A stretch of 64,000 nt of DNA from Squalus acanthias (Eukaryota). The notes beneath the pieces were generated by a model. That model saw only the letters and a program-made list of their open reading frames with translations. It did not search any database and had not been told where the DNA came from. This document shows positions 12,337 to 23,815 of this stretch, piece after piece. Within the stretch, counting starts at the first letter, position 1. Each line of letters starts with the position of its first letter. A program made the translations under genes and the position numbers. The stretch spans positions 53,136,001 through 53,200,000 of the forward strand of contig CM059438.1 in NCBI GenBank assembly GCA_030390025.1. The letters are read 5' to 3'.

Positions 12337-12703
12337 GTCAGAATGAGTGCTGCAAAAATGTCGACCACCAAAAAAGGCAGGAAGAGGGCGCCTTTAAATA
12401 GCGCCCCCCCAGCCCCGCACCGGCTGGAAAACATTCCAGTCTCCCTGTCGTTGCTTGTAGCAGGCGGCAAGGAAGGGGGCGCCACTCAATATCCGGTCCG
12501 GGGTGTTGCACGCTCGTCTGAGGTCACGATCTGCAGGCGCAGGAGATCGGGGCGGTAGACTTTTGCGCTGCCACAAAAACTCTAGTCAATTTCGCGAGCG
12601 GCGCAAACATCGCCGCATCCGGGTGCTAGTTGCTTTGCGCCCCATTAACGCCCTCTTAGGGCGCTAACGGGAGGCGCAAAGCAACCGAATTTTTTCTCCC
12701 TTT

Positions 12704-15260
12704 GCTTTTCGTGAAGAGTCGTTTGACGGTCTTGACGGCATTCTCAGCTTTGTCATTGGTAGTGAGGTGATGACGTCACATGTTTAAATCCCCATGTCTT
12801 GGCAAATACTACAAATTCTGCTGGTGCAAATTGTGGACCGTTATCCATTACTAGGATGTCTGGTAGTCTCGCAAACATTTCCCTGAGTTCTCTCAGAACG
12901 CTGCATGTAACTGGAGTGAGGCTGGCTACTTTGATGAAGTTACTGTAATAGTCACACATGACGAGCTGGGTGCAGCCATGTAGCTCACAAAGGTCAGCCC
13001 CAACCTTTGACCAAGATCCATCCACAATCCCGTGCCATAGTCATGGTTCCTTACTTGGACAACTGCAATGGACCAAAACAGATATCACACCTTGCGATGT
13101 ATTGTTTAAGCTCTGTTGACATCCAGGGACAAAAAAGGCTGTTGCAGACTCTACGGGCACAACCTTCTATGCTGACGTGCGTTGAATGTGCAACTGGCAT
13201 TAGTTGCTTACGTAGTGCAGCTGGCAACACGAGTTGCTGTCCCTTGAATATCAATTTACCTTGGGCCATTAGTCTGTCTCGAAAGTCAAAGTAGGGGTGG
13301 AGGCATTCAGGTACCCCGACTTGATCCCAGGCCAGCCTTGCCGAATCATAACACACAGTTGCTTCTGAACCGAGTCATCCGCTGCAGCATGATTAAGTTG
13401 TTGCCAAGGTGAGTCTCCAACCGGAAGTGATTCGCGATGATCGATTTCTTCCAGCTCACGTGTCCGATTACAACCATTAACTTCTGGCAGGTATGCTCTG
13501 CGAAGTGTATCAGCCAGGACCATCTTCTCCCCTTTCTTATCTGCAACTCTCAAACTGTATTTTTGGAGTCCAACAGCATTCTTTGAAGTCGTTTAGGCGC
13601 ATTGTTTAGTGGCTTGAGCAATATTGATTCCAACGGTCAGTGATCCATCTCAATATTCACCATGTCCCGGCCGTAGATGTAAGCTTCAAATTTATTGCAG
13701 GCGAACACGATCGCTAGAAGTTCTTTCTCGATCTGTGCGTATCTTGTCTCTGTTGATATTAATGCTCTTGATGCATAGGCGACTGGTTGTCCATCCTGCA
13801 TCATTGCTGCTCCAAGTCCAGATTGAGATGCGTCACATTGTAGAATGACTTCTTCCTCGAGGTTGTAATAACGGAGGACTGGTGTGCTGGTGACCGCTAC
13901 TTTGTGTTGTTGCAACGTCAATTTTTGTGATTCTCCCCAGAACCACTTTGTATTCTTCTGCGTTAAATCTCTGAGCAGTTTTGTGATATCTGACAGATGT
14001 GGGAGAAACTTACTCAGACATTGAGCAAGTCCAAGCAGTCGCTGGATCCCTGCTACATCAGTTACTGACGGCATCTCCAAAATTGCTTTAACTTTGGCTG
14101 GATCAACACAAAGTCCTCTTCCTGTAGTGACATGTCAATAAAAGGTACTTCTTGCCTATGTAGTTTCAGTTTGTCCATGTTTAGCACAATACCATGATCA
14201 TTGCATCGATGAAGAAAAGCTTCCAGGTATTTGTCATGGTCTCGAGTCGCTACTTCAAGTGTTTCTCCAAAACCAACGTGACAAAATCATCAACAATGAC
14301 CTCTATCCCGTGCAGTCCTTCCACCAGCTCCTGCATCTTGCATTGGAAGACTCCTGAAGCTGAGCTGATCCCAAATGGCATACGCTTCCAGCAGTATCGT
14401 CCGAAAGGTGTGAGGAATGTGGTTAGATATGATGATTGTTCATCAAGACTCACGTGCCAAAACCCATTGCGGACGTCGAGAATTGTGAGGACTTTAGCAC
14501 CGTGTAATCGTATAGCTACATTTTCAATAGTCGGCAGAGGATAATGCTCTCACTTGATAGCTTTGTTTAAGTCTTTGGGATCTAAGCAGATGCGTAGTGT
14601 GCCGTTCTTCTTAGGTACGACTACCATTGAAATGATCCATGAGGTTGGCGTTGTTATAGGAGCGATGCTGTCCTGTCTGATCAGATCATTCAGGGTTTCC
14701 TTCAGCTTATTCCTTAAAGCCACTGGTACATGACGCGTTGAACTGGATCTGCTGCCTTGTCGAGCCTGATTCATTACTCCCCCTCAACTTGTCCTACCCC
14801 ATCACTGAATACTCGAGGATGTCTCTGTATTAAACTCTTCTTGGTTAGTGGCGTGTAGTTGTCGAGCATGTATACTGATACACCAGTAGCGGGTGTTCTA
14901 TTAATTTCATCATTATCTGTTTACTTAATAATGTTCATGCTCAGGCAGGCCTTTTTACTCAGCAGAGGCCTATTGTTGTGTTATCAATGAGCTTACAGTC
15001 CAGCTTACACCTAAAGTCACCACATTGGACCCAGATTCGTACTTGTTCTTTGATGGGGAGCCTTGAACTGATGTAAACTACAATCTAAGTGGTTCAACCT
15101 TTGATAGCTTAAAATCTCCTGTTGCCTTTTGATATGGGTAAAGCGGAATCACGTTACATTGTGTACCCTGCCTATTTGACATTTGACTCCAGCTTAAGTG
15201 TAACACATTGCGAGTCATCCAAACCAATAGCACTGACTTCATTGACAACAAAGACTTCTT
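12704..15260 (-). pseudogene. Gypsy pol (protease, RT, RNase H, integrase N-terminus and core)
   Basis: GTQCNVIP (about 15150), VVVPKKNGTLRICLDPKDLN, RMPFGISSA, IVDDF, QCDASQSGLGA, YAQIEKELLA, H..H/C..C zinc finger, DNGPQF. Confidence 0.93.
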
Positions 15261-15349
15261 CTGTCCTTGGTTTGTTATCTAGCCAGAAGTGGTGGTAGTA
15301 GAGCATTACCCTGACAACATCGTGAACACACTTTAGCTGTCTGTCGATG

Positions 15350-16140
15350 TGCACGATTCCTTTCCACGTTATTTCACTGCGAAATGGTTGCTTTTGCTGC
15401 ACGTGTTGCACATTTTCTCCAGGCAGGGTACAGCTCTCTCTTGTGGAACTGGTGTCTCTTCCCGCAATTCCAGCATTCACAAGTCTTTGGGGAGCCTGTG
15501 GCATTGTCCTGAAGCTTGCCTCTGTCGCTCCTTTGGCTCTCCTTGGCTTTCTATACTGCACTCACATTCTGTCCACTCGCATCCCCGATGACTTTCAGTT
15601 GCACCACCATGCTTTCAGATGTGTGCCAAGTCTCATCCATCTTCACCAGGGTTAGGTTAGCCTCTCGAATCAGTCTCTCTCACAACTTTGCATCCGCAAT
15701 CTCAAGCACGAGTCAGTCTCAGAGAATCTCTTCTGGCGTTATAGAGTGGAAATCGCTCCCTACGGCGTGTTTTCGCAGTGCTGTACGATACTGGTCATAT
15801 GTCTCCCCAATTTCTTGCATTCTCCTGGTAAACCTATATCTCTCAAAGGTAACGTTCCTGTGCGGTTGGCAGTACTGAGAGAACTTCGTTAGCAGCGGCA
15901 CCATCACATCGCTGTCTCCAGCTTCAGCCCAGACTGGCCACGTGGAGTCGAATTCACGCGTTTCTTCCCCGATCACTGTGACAAGTGTTGCCACTTGCAC
16001 CAGCTCCGACTCCTGCTTGAGCTTTGTCGCAAGGGAGTCGTTCTTTCCAGGCTTATTCAAATCTCTTCCGCTTTTCTGCAGCATTCGCATCATGGGTGTC
16101 GAGAGCCAGAAGTGATGGTAGTAGAGCATTACCCTGACAA
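15350..16140 (-). pseudogene. Gypsy gag
   Basis: VQVATLVTVIGEE, YCQPHRNVTFERYRF, QEIGETYDQY motifs. Confidence 0.8.
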
Positions 16141-16235
16141 CATCGTGAACACACTTTAGTTGTCAAGTAACTTTTAAAGTCGTGCCGGCCACCGATATAT
16201 CCACCAAAAGTGTAAGTTGCTTCAAACAATCACTA

Positions 16236-16250
16236 CCACCACTGCCACCA
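16236..16250 (-). promoter_or_regulatory. Primer binding site, tRNA-Leu type
   Basis: TGGTGGCAGTGGTGG, 2 nt inside the 5' LTR, complementary to the 3' end of vertebrate tRNA-Leu (…CCACCACUGCCACCA). Confidence 0.8.
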
Positions 16251-16252
16251 TG

Positions 16253-16510
16253 TGTCGATACCTCTTTAGAGAGTAGTTGAAGCCATGCATTTCAGAAGAG
16301 TATCAATGTTTTATTTAAGTATATATAACAAGTTAAAACTTACTAGAGTTGCAGGAGCCAGTGCTGAGCTCCACGAGTCTGCAGCCCAACCTACGCACTC
16401 ACACACACTCACACAGGGGAGAGAGAGAGAGGGAGAGTCACATGCAAGACACGTGACTATGGCGCAGACACCACACACGTACAGCCAATGAGCGCCCGGG
16501 TCTCGTGCAC
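16253..16510 (-). repeat. 5' LTR
   Basis: Direct repeat of 7653-7904; the outer end is ragged. Confidence 0.88.
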
Positions 16511-17234
16511 CTGCACTCACACTTTCAGGGAATTATGTGTTTCAAATCCTAAGTCCCTCTGTTCATCCTCACATTTCATTGAGAGTATACTCCATTCCAG
16601 TGGTTCCCAACCTGTGGTCCGCGGACCACCAGTGGTCCGCGAGGGTACTGCAGGTGGTCCATGAAAAAATGGTCCAAACCCCTAAAATAAACGTGTCTGT
16701 TGTCTCCACAGATGTTGAATGACCCGCCGTGTGGTTCCAGTGTTTTTATTGCTGTTTAAAGCTGGGTTTTGGGGTTGAGCTGATGGAAGTGAAAACCTGC
16801 CGTGGATGGAGGGCGGGTTGGTTTTCTGGAAGGAGCAAATCAACTGGGCCGAAAAATCAGCTCCAGAGAAACTCACAAAAATATTTCCCACCTCACTGCT
16901 GCACAATGGCAAGTACTGCTCCACTCTATCATATAAACCCAACCAGTGCCCCCTCAATGCAGCAATCTTCAGCAGTGTCCCCACTATTATACAACCTCAG
17001 GTGTGCATGTACGGAGTGTGGCTCTTTGACAGTGGGTTTTATACAACCGCAGCCGCCAATCCTCTTGTGTCACACTAAGTAAAACTAGATGTCATAAATA
17101 TAAGATCCTCAATAATAAATCCAGTCGGGAATTCAGGAAAAACTTTTTTATGCAAAGAGTGGTTGGAATGTGGAACGTGATACCACAGGTACCAGATATC
17201 AGTGAGGGGAGCAGAGAAATTACAGCCGTGAGTT

Positions 17235-17309
17235 GGCTCCGTGGTTTAGCTGGTCAAAGAGCTTGTCTAGTATACAGAGAGAGCCTGGGTTTGATTCCCA
17301 GCGGGGCAT
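17235..17309 (+). tRNA. tRNA-Thr(AGT), degenerate, probable pseudogene
   Basis: ggctccgtggtttagctggtcaaagagcttgtctAGTatacag...cctgggtttgattcccagcggggc followed by a T run; B box is mutated. Confidence 0.8.
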
Positions 17310-18435
17310 TTTTTAAAGAACAAAATATTCTCTTATGATCCCACAGAGGTTGGTTGCTTCTAGTTTGAAAGTGCTGCAATCCTTTGGGATTGGAACGGAT
17401 AAAGGCTCATCGCACGCACACCACAAATACATATTAAAGTCTGACTGTCGTTCGGCCAACATGTTAACATTTCCTCCAGTCTGCAACAGAAAGTTATCGG
17501 TTTATTAATGCCGATTAAAACAATTATTCATCGTGATACTGCCTTTAATTATATGTTCGTGTAATTGATTTAATAAACTGCACAACTGATTTATAAAAAT
17601 CAGACCGGAAATCAACCCCGTGCTCTGGTTGCACCGAATTCCAACCCCTGGCCCACCAAGGAACGCTCCACCCAGCAGCTGTCAGAGCTCTAAATATACT
17701 GGGTTCATTCCCGCTAGATACAAATGTATTCCTGACTTGTGTTCGATGTAAATGTTTATTATCTCTGCAAGTTACAAGTGTCTGTAGATATATCTGAATT
17801 CATTATTCATTTATTGGGGCGCATCTGTTTAATTGTGAATTGAGGCAGTGCATTCCAGATCCCAACAACTCGCAGTTTAAAAAAAATGGTTCCTAATGTC
17901 GCCTCGGATTCTTCTGCCAATCACCTTCAATCTGTGTCCTCTGGTCACCGACTCTTTAACCACTGGAAAAATGTTTCTCCTCACTTACGATATCAAACCC
18001 ATTCATGAATTTAAACACCCCTGTCAAAACCTCTGCTCTAAGGAGAACAACCCCAGCTTCTCCAGGCCCCCACATTCTGAAATCCCTCATCCCTGGTACC
18101 ATTCCAGTAAATCACTTCTGTTCATTTCTTCCTTCTAATAAATAACTACAGTGAAACGCTTCTGAGAAAAAGCACGTACAGAATAAAAAAGAGAGAAATA
18201 AATACTGAGCAAAATGGATGTGAATGTTTAAGAACATAAGAAATAGGAGCAGGAGTAGGCCATTCGGCCCTTCGAGCCTGCTCCGCCATTCAATGAGATC
18301 ATGGCTGATCTTAGAAGGTGAAATAACAGAAGATCTGGGTTTTATGATCGGTCAGTGAGAGGAATCCATCTTTCAACTGGGCTTTGGCCGTTCAATTTAC
18401 TGATAAAGACAGACAGAGAGAATTGCTGCAGACAG

Positions 18436-18508
18436 GACCGGCTAGCTCAGTCGGTACCACACGAGACTCTTAATCTCAGGGTCGTGGGTTCCAGCCCCAC
18501 ATTGGGCG
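18436..18508 (+). tRNA. tRNA-Lys(CTT), degenerate, probable pseudogene
   Basis: 73 nt with about 7 differences from the vertebrate tRNA-Lys(CTT) sequence as I recall it (D-stem and T-loop affected); T5 follows. Confidence 0.88.
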
Positions 18509-18987
18509 GTTATTTTTACTGCTGATTTTACAGGCGATCCCCAGCTCTGAATTCCGCGGCAGAGAGTCCAAGGAGTGTTTGATGTAAATGAGATTCAACA
18601 ACAATATCAGAAAATCTCTCCATGATTCTGGACTCTTATCTCTCTCTCGTTGAACTTCATATCATTTCACCGTCAGTGCGGCTCAGTGGGACTTCGGGCC
18701 AGTCTCACTCTTCACAATGCATCAGTGCCGGGAAAACAACGGGGAATTTTACACACATGTTGTGCTATGTAACTTCTTATAAAAACTTCAGTATACTTCA
18801 CTCCGTGTCCAACCCTGTGAGGTCTCCCCTGGTGTGTCAGCTTTAGATGTTTATAAACACGTCAGCAGAACATTAACATAACCTGAGCTGCGAGATCTGG
18901 CCGGGTCCCATTCCCCCGAAGTGATTAATGAGCAGGAGGGATTAGAGTTTCTTTAAAAGAATGACACGAAAATCACTTTGATGTGAG

Positions 18988-19015
18988 GCCGAAATAGCTC
19001 AGGTGGAATTCGGCG
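18988..19015 (+). pseudogene. Internally deleted tRNA-Phe remnant
   Basis: GCCGAAATAGCTCAG (tRNA-Phe 5' end) joined within a few nt to TTCGGC (its 3' acceptor strand), then a T run. Confidence 0.6.
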
Positions 19016-19523
19016 GCTTTTAGATATTTTGTGTCTCTTTCTTTGGGTCCTTTTCTCGAACTTACCAGTTTAAGCTGAAGTCTTTTATCCGCCACTGAAG
19101 GGTTGGGTTTGAATAGAAAGAGACATCAAGGATGGAAACAATTTCTATTGGCTGTGTTTAGCTTTTATTTCTCGATCTCCTTCTGCCCCTTTCTCTGGTT
19201 TTTGTCTCTCTCGGTGCCAGGTGAACGTTTGATTTGATGCATTTTGTCCTAAACTGATGCCTTTTACACATCTCGGGGCGGTCAGACACGCTCCGTCTGT
19301 CTGTTACTGCTTGTGACCATTAACGGGAACAGGCTGCGAGTTAAACGTTAATCAGCAAACCGAAGAAAGACAAATAAACAGAAAGAGCTGTTGCTCCGCC
19401 CAGTGCAAACGTGAAATGGATGTTATTGAAAATAATTTCCCCCTGACAGTTTGTGTAGATTTTTTGTAAAGTCTGGATTTTCAATGTCAGGAGAAACCGA
19501 AAAGGTAAGAAATAATCTCCTGA

Positions 19524-19585
19524 TGACCCGTACAGGGATTAAACCCGTGCCCTTAGCGATATTAGCACCACGCTCTAAACAACTG
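19524..19585 (-). pseudogene. tRNA-Ile(AAT) pseudogene, 5' end lost
   Basis: Minus strand cagttgtttagagcgtggtgctAATatcgctaagggcacgggtttaatccctgtacgggtca. Confidence 0.8.
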
Positions 19586-19605
19586 TGAGAAAAGCTGTCC
19601 GGATT

Positions 19606-19626
19606 GTTCGAGCCCCGCGCTGGGCG
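19606..19626 (+). pseudogene. 3' end of a second tRNA-Lys(CTT)
   Basis: gttcgagccccgcgctgggcg followed by T-rich terminator-like sequence, as at 18488-18516. Confidence 0.65.
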
Positions 19627-20237
19627 GTTTATGTTTTACTTCTCACACTGGGTCACAGAGTTATTGTACAGACAATGAACACACCACATCCCTTAAACAT
19701 GATTCCGATATAAAATAATCACTGTTCGGTAAAAACCGAGTATGTAAATCGATAGTAACAGAGAAAGAGCACTTAATTGTGAAAAGAATGATTGCACTAA
19801 CAGTGAAGGGGAATCTGCCGGCCTCCGCCATTCTAATCCTGTGACTGTGGGAGTTTGGTTCGGGCAGAGGATTCACTGTGACGACACGAATACCAACATT
19901 GCTACAGCTTTCGGAATAGAGGGAGCTTATAGAGACCTGATGGGTTCCACCAAAACAAAATAGTTTGAGGTGTTGGCAGGCAGGACAGATAGAATGTGGT
20001 GAGTGTTTAAACTAGATGTGGAGGTTGTTGCTGTAGTTGTTCTATGGAGTTCCTTCAAGGAGGTGAATCTGAATGCAATGGATCAACGTGTACCCATGCA
20101 AAGCAAAGGTACTGAGCGTCATTACAGTCCAGCCTGGTTCAAAGGAACTAACAAACAATTCATCCAGAAGAGAAAAAGGGATTTAAGGCCATGACGGTAA
20201 ATGGCACAGAATTCAGGCGGCTTCAAAACCATAAGAA

Positions 20238-20335
20238 ATAACAACAGAAAACACTGGAATAACTCAGCAGGCCAGGCAGCATCCGTGGGGAGAGAAACAG
20301 AGTCAACGTTTCAGGTCAAAGACCTTTCGTCAGAA
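20238..20335 (-). mobile_element. Penelope-derived terminal fragment with minimal hammerhead motif
   Basis: CTGACGA-A-AGGTC-TTT-GACCT-GAAA-CGTT on the minus strand; stem I is imperfect. Confidence 0.65.
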
Positions 20336-20597
20336 GACCTGTCAAAACCATAAAGCAAGACAAGAGTGTAAAAACTGCAACAGAATGGCGAAGAACAACT
20401 TCACATTTAAAATGGCAAATGAAGAGAAGGGTAATAATAGTGCCAGAGGTAAGTTGTGACATTATTCACAAAATGTTTTAAACGGCTTGCTTACGTTGTG
20501 GTCCGCAAAAGCTTTTGATGACGATGTAGTGGTCCGCATAAAGGAAAAGGTTGGGAACCGCTGCTCCATTCCATTCCCATATTTACTGCGGCCTCCA

Positions 20598-22569
20598 TGA
20601 GCATCAGTGAGCAGGTTATTGGTGAGTAATTGATAGCACTGTCGACGACACTTTCCATCACTTTGCTGATGATTGAGAGTAGACTGATGGGGCGGTAATT
20701 GGCCGGATTGGATTTGTTCTGCTTTTTGTGGACAGGACATACCTGGGCAGTTTTCCACATTGTCGGATAGATGCCAGTGTTGTAGCTGTACTGGAACAGC
20801 TTGGCTAGAGGCACGGCTAGTTCTGGACCACAAGTCTTAAGCACAATAACCGGGATGTTGTCGGGGCCCATAGCCTTTGCTGTATCCAGTGCGCTCAGCC
20901 GTTTCTTGATATCACATGCAGTGAATCGAATTGGCTGAAGACTGGCTTCTGTGGTGGTGGGGTCCGCAGGAGTAGGCCGATAAGGATCATCCACTCGGCA
21001 CTTCTGGCTGAAGATGGTTACAAATGCTTCAGCCTTGTCTTTTGCACTCACGTGCTGGGCTTCTCCATCATTGAAGATGGGGATATTCATGGAGCCTCCT
21101 CCTCCCGTTAGTTGTTTAATTGTCCACCACCATTCACAACTGGATGTGGTAGGACTACAGAGCTTTGATCTGATCCGTTGATTGTGGGATTGCTTAGCTC
21201 TGTCTATAGCATGCTGCTTCCGCTTTTTAGCATGCATGTAGTCCTGTGTTGCAGCTTCCCCAGGTTGGCACCTCATTTTTAGGTAAGCCTGGTGCTGCTC
21301 CTGGCATGCTCTTCTGCACTCCTTATTGAACCAGGGTTGGTCCCCTGGCTTGATGGTAATGGTAGAGTGAGGGATATGCCGGGCCATGAGGTTACAGATT
21401 GTGGTGGAATACAATTCTGCTGCTGCCCCACATGGATGCCCAGTTTTGAGCTGCTAGATCTGTTCTGAATCTATCCCATTTAGCACGGTGGTAGTGCCAC
21501 ACAACACGATGGAGGGTGTCCGCCGTGTGAAGATGGGTCTTCATCTTCACAAGGACTGTGCGGTGGTCACTGCTACCAATACTTTAATGGACAGATGCAT
21601 CTGCGACAGATAAATTGGTGAGGACGAGGTGAAGTAGGTTTTTCCCTCGTGTTGGTTCTTGCACCACCTGTCGCAGGCCCAGACTGGCAGCTATGTCCTT
21701 CAGGACTCGGCTAGCTCGGTCAGTAGTGGTGATGGACATTGAAGTCCCCCACCCAGAGTATATTCTGTGCCCTTGCTACTCTCAGTGCTTCTTCCAAGTG
21801 GTGTTCAACATGGAGGAGTACTGATTCATCAGCTGAGGGAGGGCGGTAGGTGGTAATCAGCAGGAGGTTTCCTTGCCCAGGCATTACCTGAAGCCATGAG
21901 ATTTCAGGGGGTCCGGAGTCAATTTGAGGACTCCCAGGGCCACTCCTTCCCGACTGTATACCACTGTGCCGCCACCCCCGGTGGGACAGGACATATCCAG
22001 GGATGGTGATGGAGGAGTCTGGGACATTGGCTGAAAGGTATGATTCTGTGAGCATGACTATGTCAGGCTGTTGCTTGACTAGTCTGTGGGACAGCTCTCC
22101 CAATTTTAGCACAAGTCCCCAGATGTTAGTGAGGAGGACTTTGCAGGGTCGACTGGGCTGGGTGTGCCGTTGTCGTGTCCGAAGCCGATGCCGGGTGGTC
22201 CGTCCAGTTTTATTATTATTGTTTTTCATAGCGGTTTGTTACAACTGAGTGGCTTGCTAAGCCATTTCAGAGGGGCAGTTAAGAGTCAACCACATTGCTG
22301 TGGGTCTGGAGTCACATATAGGCCAGACCAGGTAAGGACGGCAAATTTCTTCCCTAAAGGACATTAGTGAACCAGATGGTTTTTATGACAATCCGATAGT
22401 TTCATGGTCACCATTACTGATACTAGCTTTTTAGTCCAGATTTATTTATAATTAACTGAATTTAAATTCCCCAGCTGCTGTGGTGGGATTTGAACTCACG
22501 ATCTCCGGATCATTAGTCCAAGCCTACTGGATTACTAGCCCAGTAACATAACAACTATGCTACCGTTCC
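20598..22569 (-). mobile_element. APE-RT LINE 5' half with tRNA-derived head and no ORF1
   Basis: A-box-like TAGCATAGTTG (22562-22552) and B box AGTTCAAATCC (22496-22486), then ORF from 22229: KVLLTNIWGL, PDIVMLTES, YRPPS, GDFNVHH (APE) and GPDNIP, NYRPISLLS (RT N-terminus). Confidence 0.9.
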
Positions 22570-22675
22570 TGAGGAGAGAGGGTGAACATATCAGGGGCAG
22601 AAAATGGAGGGAACACATCAGGTGCAGCATAACAGGGAGAGAGAGAACACATCAAGGGCAGGAAAACAAGGGTGG

Positions 22676-23815
22676 CGGTTGGTTGGCTGGTTGGTTCCCC
22701 TGTGCTGGTGGTGATTGGTTGTTTCTCCTGTGACAACAGTGGTTGGTTGGTTGTTTCCCCAGTGATGCGCATAGAATCATAGAAACTTACAGCAGAGAAG
22801 GAGGCCATTCAGCCCATCATGCCTGTGCCGGCTCTTTGGAAGAGCAGTCGTGCTCAGTCCCACATCCCTGCTTTTTGCCCGTAACTCTGTAAATTCCTCA
22901 TCCTCAAGTACCTGTCCAACTCCCTTTTAAAATTATTGATGGAATCAGCTTCCACCACCTTTTCAGATTGAGCGTTCCAGATCCCCACAACTCTCTAAGT
23001 GAAAAAATTCTCCTCATCTCCCCTCTAGATCTTTTGCCAATGATTTTCAATCTATGACCTCTGGTTATTGACCCACTCAACAGAGGGAATAGTTTTTCTC
23101 TATCTACTCTATCAAAACCTCTCATCATCTTGAAAACCTCTATTAGGTCACCTCTTAACCTTCACTGTTCCAAGGAGAACAGTCCGAACTTTACCAACCT
23201 CTCCTCATAACTGAAGTCCCTCATCCCTGGTAACATCCTGGTAAACCTCCTCTGTACCATTTCTAAGGCCTTCACATCTTTTATGAAGTGTGGGGCCCAG
23301 AATTGCCCACAATACTCCAGCTGAGGCTTAACCAGTGATATATAAATTTCTAACATGATCTCTTTGCTTTTATATTCTATTCCTCTATTTATAAACCCAA
23401 GTAACCCGCATGCTTTTTAACCACCTTGCCCTGCCACCTTTAAGGATTTGAGTATATGGACACCAAGGTCTCTCTGCTCATCTACACTTTTCAAAATCGT
23501 GCCATTTATAGTATACCGTCTTTCCATGTTCCTGCCAAAGTGCAGCACTTCACACTTCCCCGCATTGAAGGCCATCTGGCATGCTTCTAATGGTGATTGG
23601 TTGTTTGCTTCCCCAGTGATGATGGTAATTGGTCTGTTGGTTCCCCAGTGATGATGGTGATTGGTTATTTCCCCAGTGATGATGGTGATTGGTTGGTTAT
23701 TTCTCCTGTGATGATGGTGATTGGTTGATTATTTCCCCAGTGATGATGGTGATTGGTTGATTGTTTCCCCTGTGATCATTGTGGTTGATTGGTTGTTGTC
23801 CTGGTGATGATTACT
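22676..23815. repeat. About 30-bp minisatellite (gtgatgatggtgattggttg..tttcccca) split by a CR1 insertion
   Basis: Units at 22676-22767 and 23588-23815. Confidence 0.75.
22770..23585 (-). mobile_element. CR1/HER1-type LINE 3' fragment
   Basis: ORFs 22904-23128 and 23162-23356 (LVKPQLEYC.QFWAP); (CATAGAAT) tail. Confidence 0.9.

Larger units (their letters stand above)
8611..12700. mobile_element. PIF/Harbinger DNA transposon, complete (family A)
   Basis: TIRs GGGAGAGAAATTCGGT / ACCGAATTTTTTCTCCC; TTT on both flanks. Removing the element plus one TTT restores integrase AVKTVKRLFTKSKESSRSEFFD. Contains convergent Myb and transposase genes. Confidence 0.95.
7653..16510 (-). mobile_element. Ty3/Gypsy LTR retrotransposon, full-length but decayed
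   Basis: Two LTRs, PBS and PPT present; gag-PR-RT-RNaseH-IN order on the minus strand with many stops and frameshifts. Confidence 0.95.
16598..20563. mobile_element. Non-autonomous hAT (Charlie-like ends) element carrying a tRNA pseudogene cluster
   Basis: TIRs CAGTGGTTCCCAACCT / AGGTTGGGAACCGCTG; perfect 8-bp TSD CTCCATTC (16590-16597, 20564-20571); GTGGTCCGC subterminal repeats at both ends; no transposase found. Confidence 0.9.

Noticed and set aside
17235..19626. Functional tRNA genes
   Set aside because: All have stem or B-box mutations or truncations; treated as probable pseudogenes pending tRNAscan-SE.
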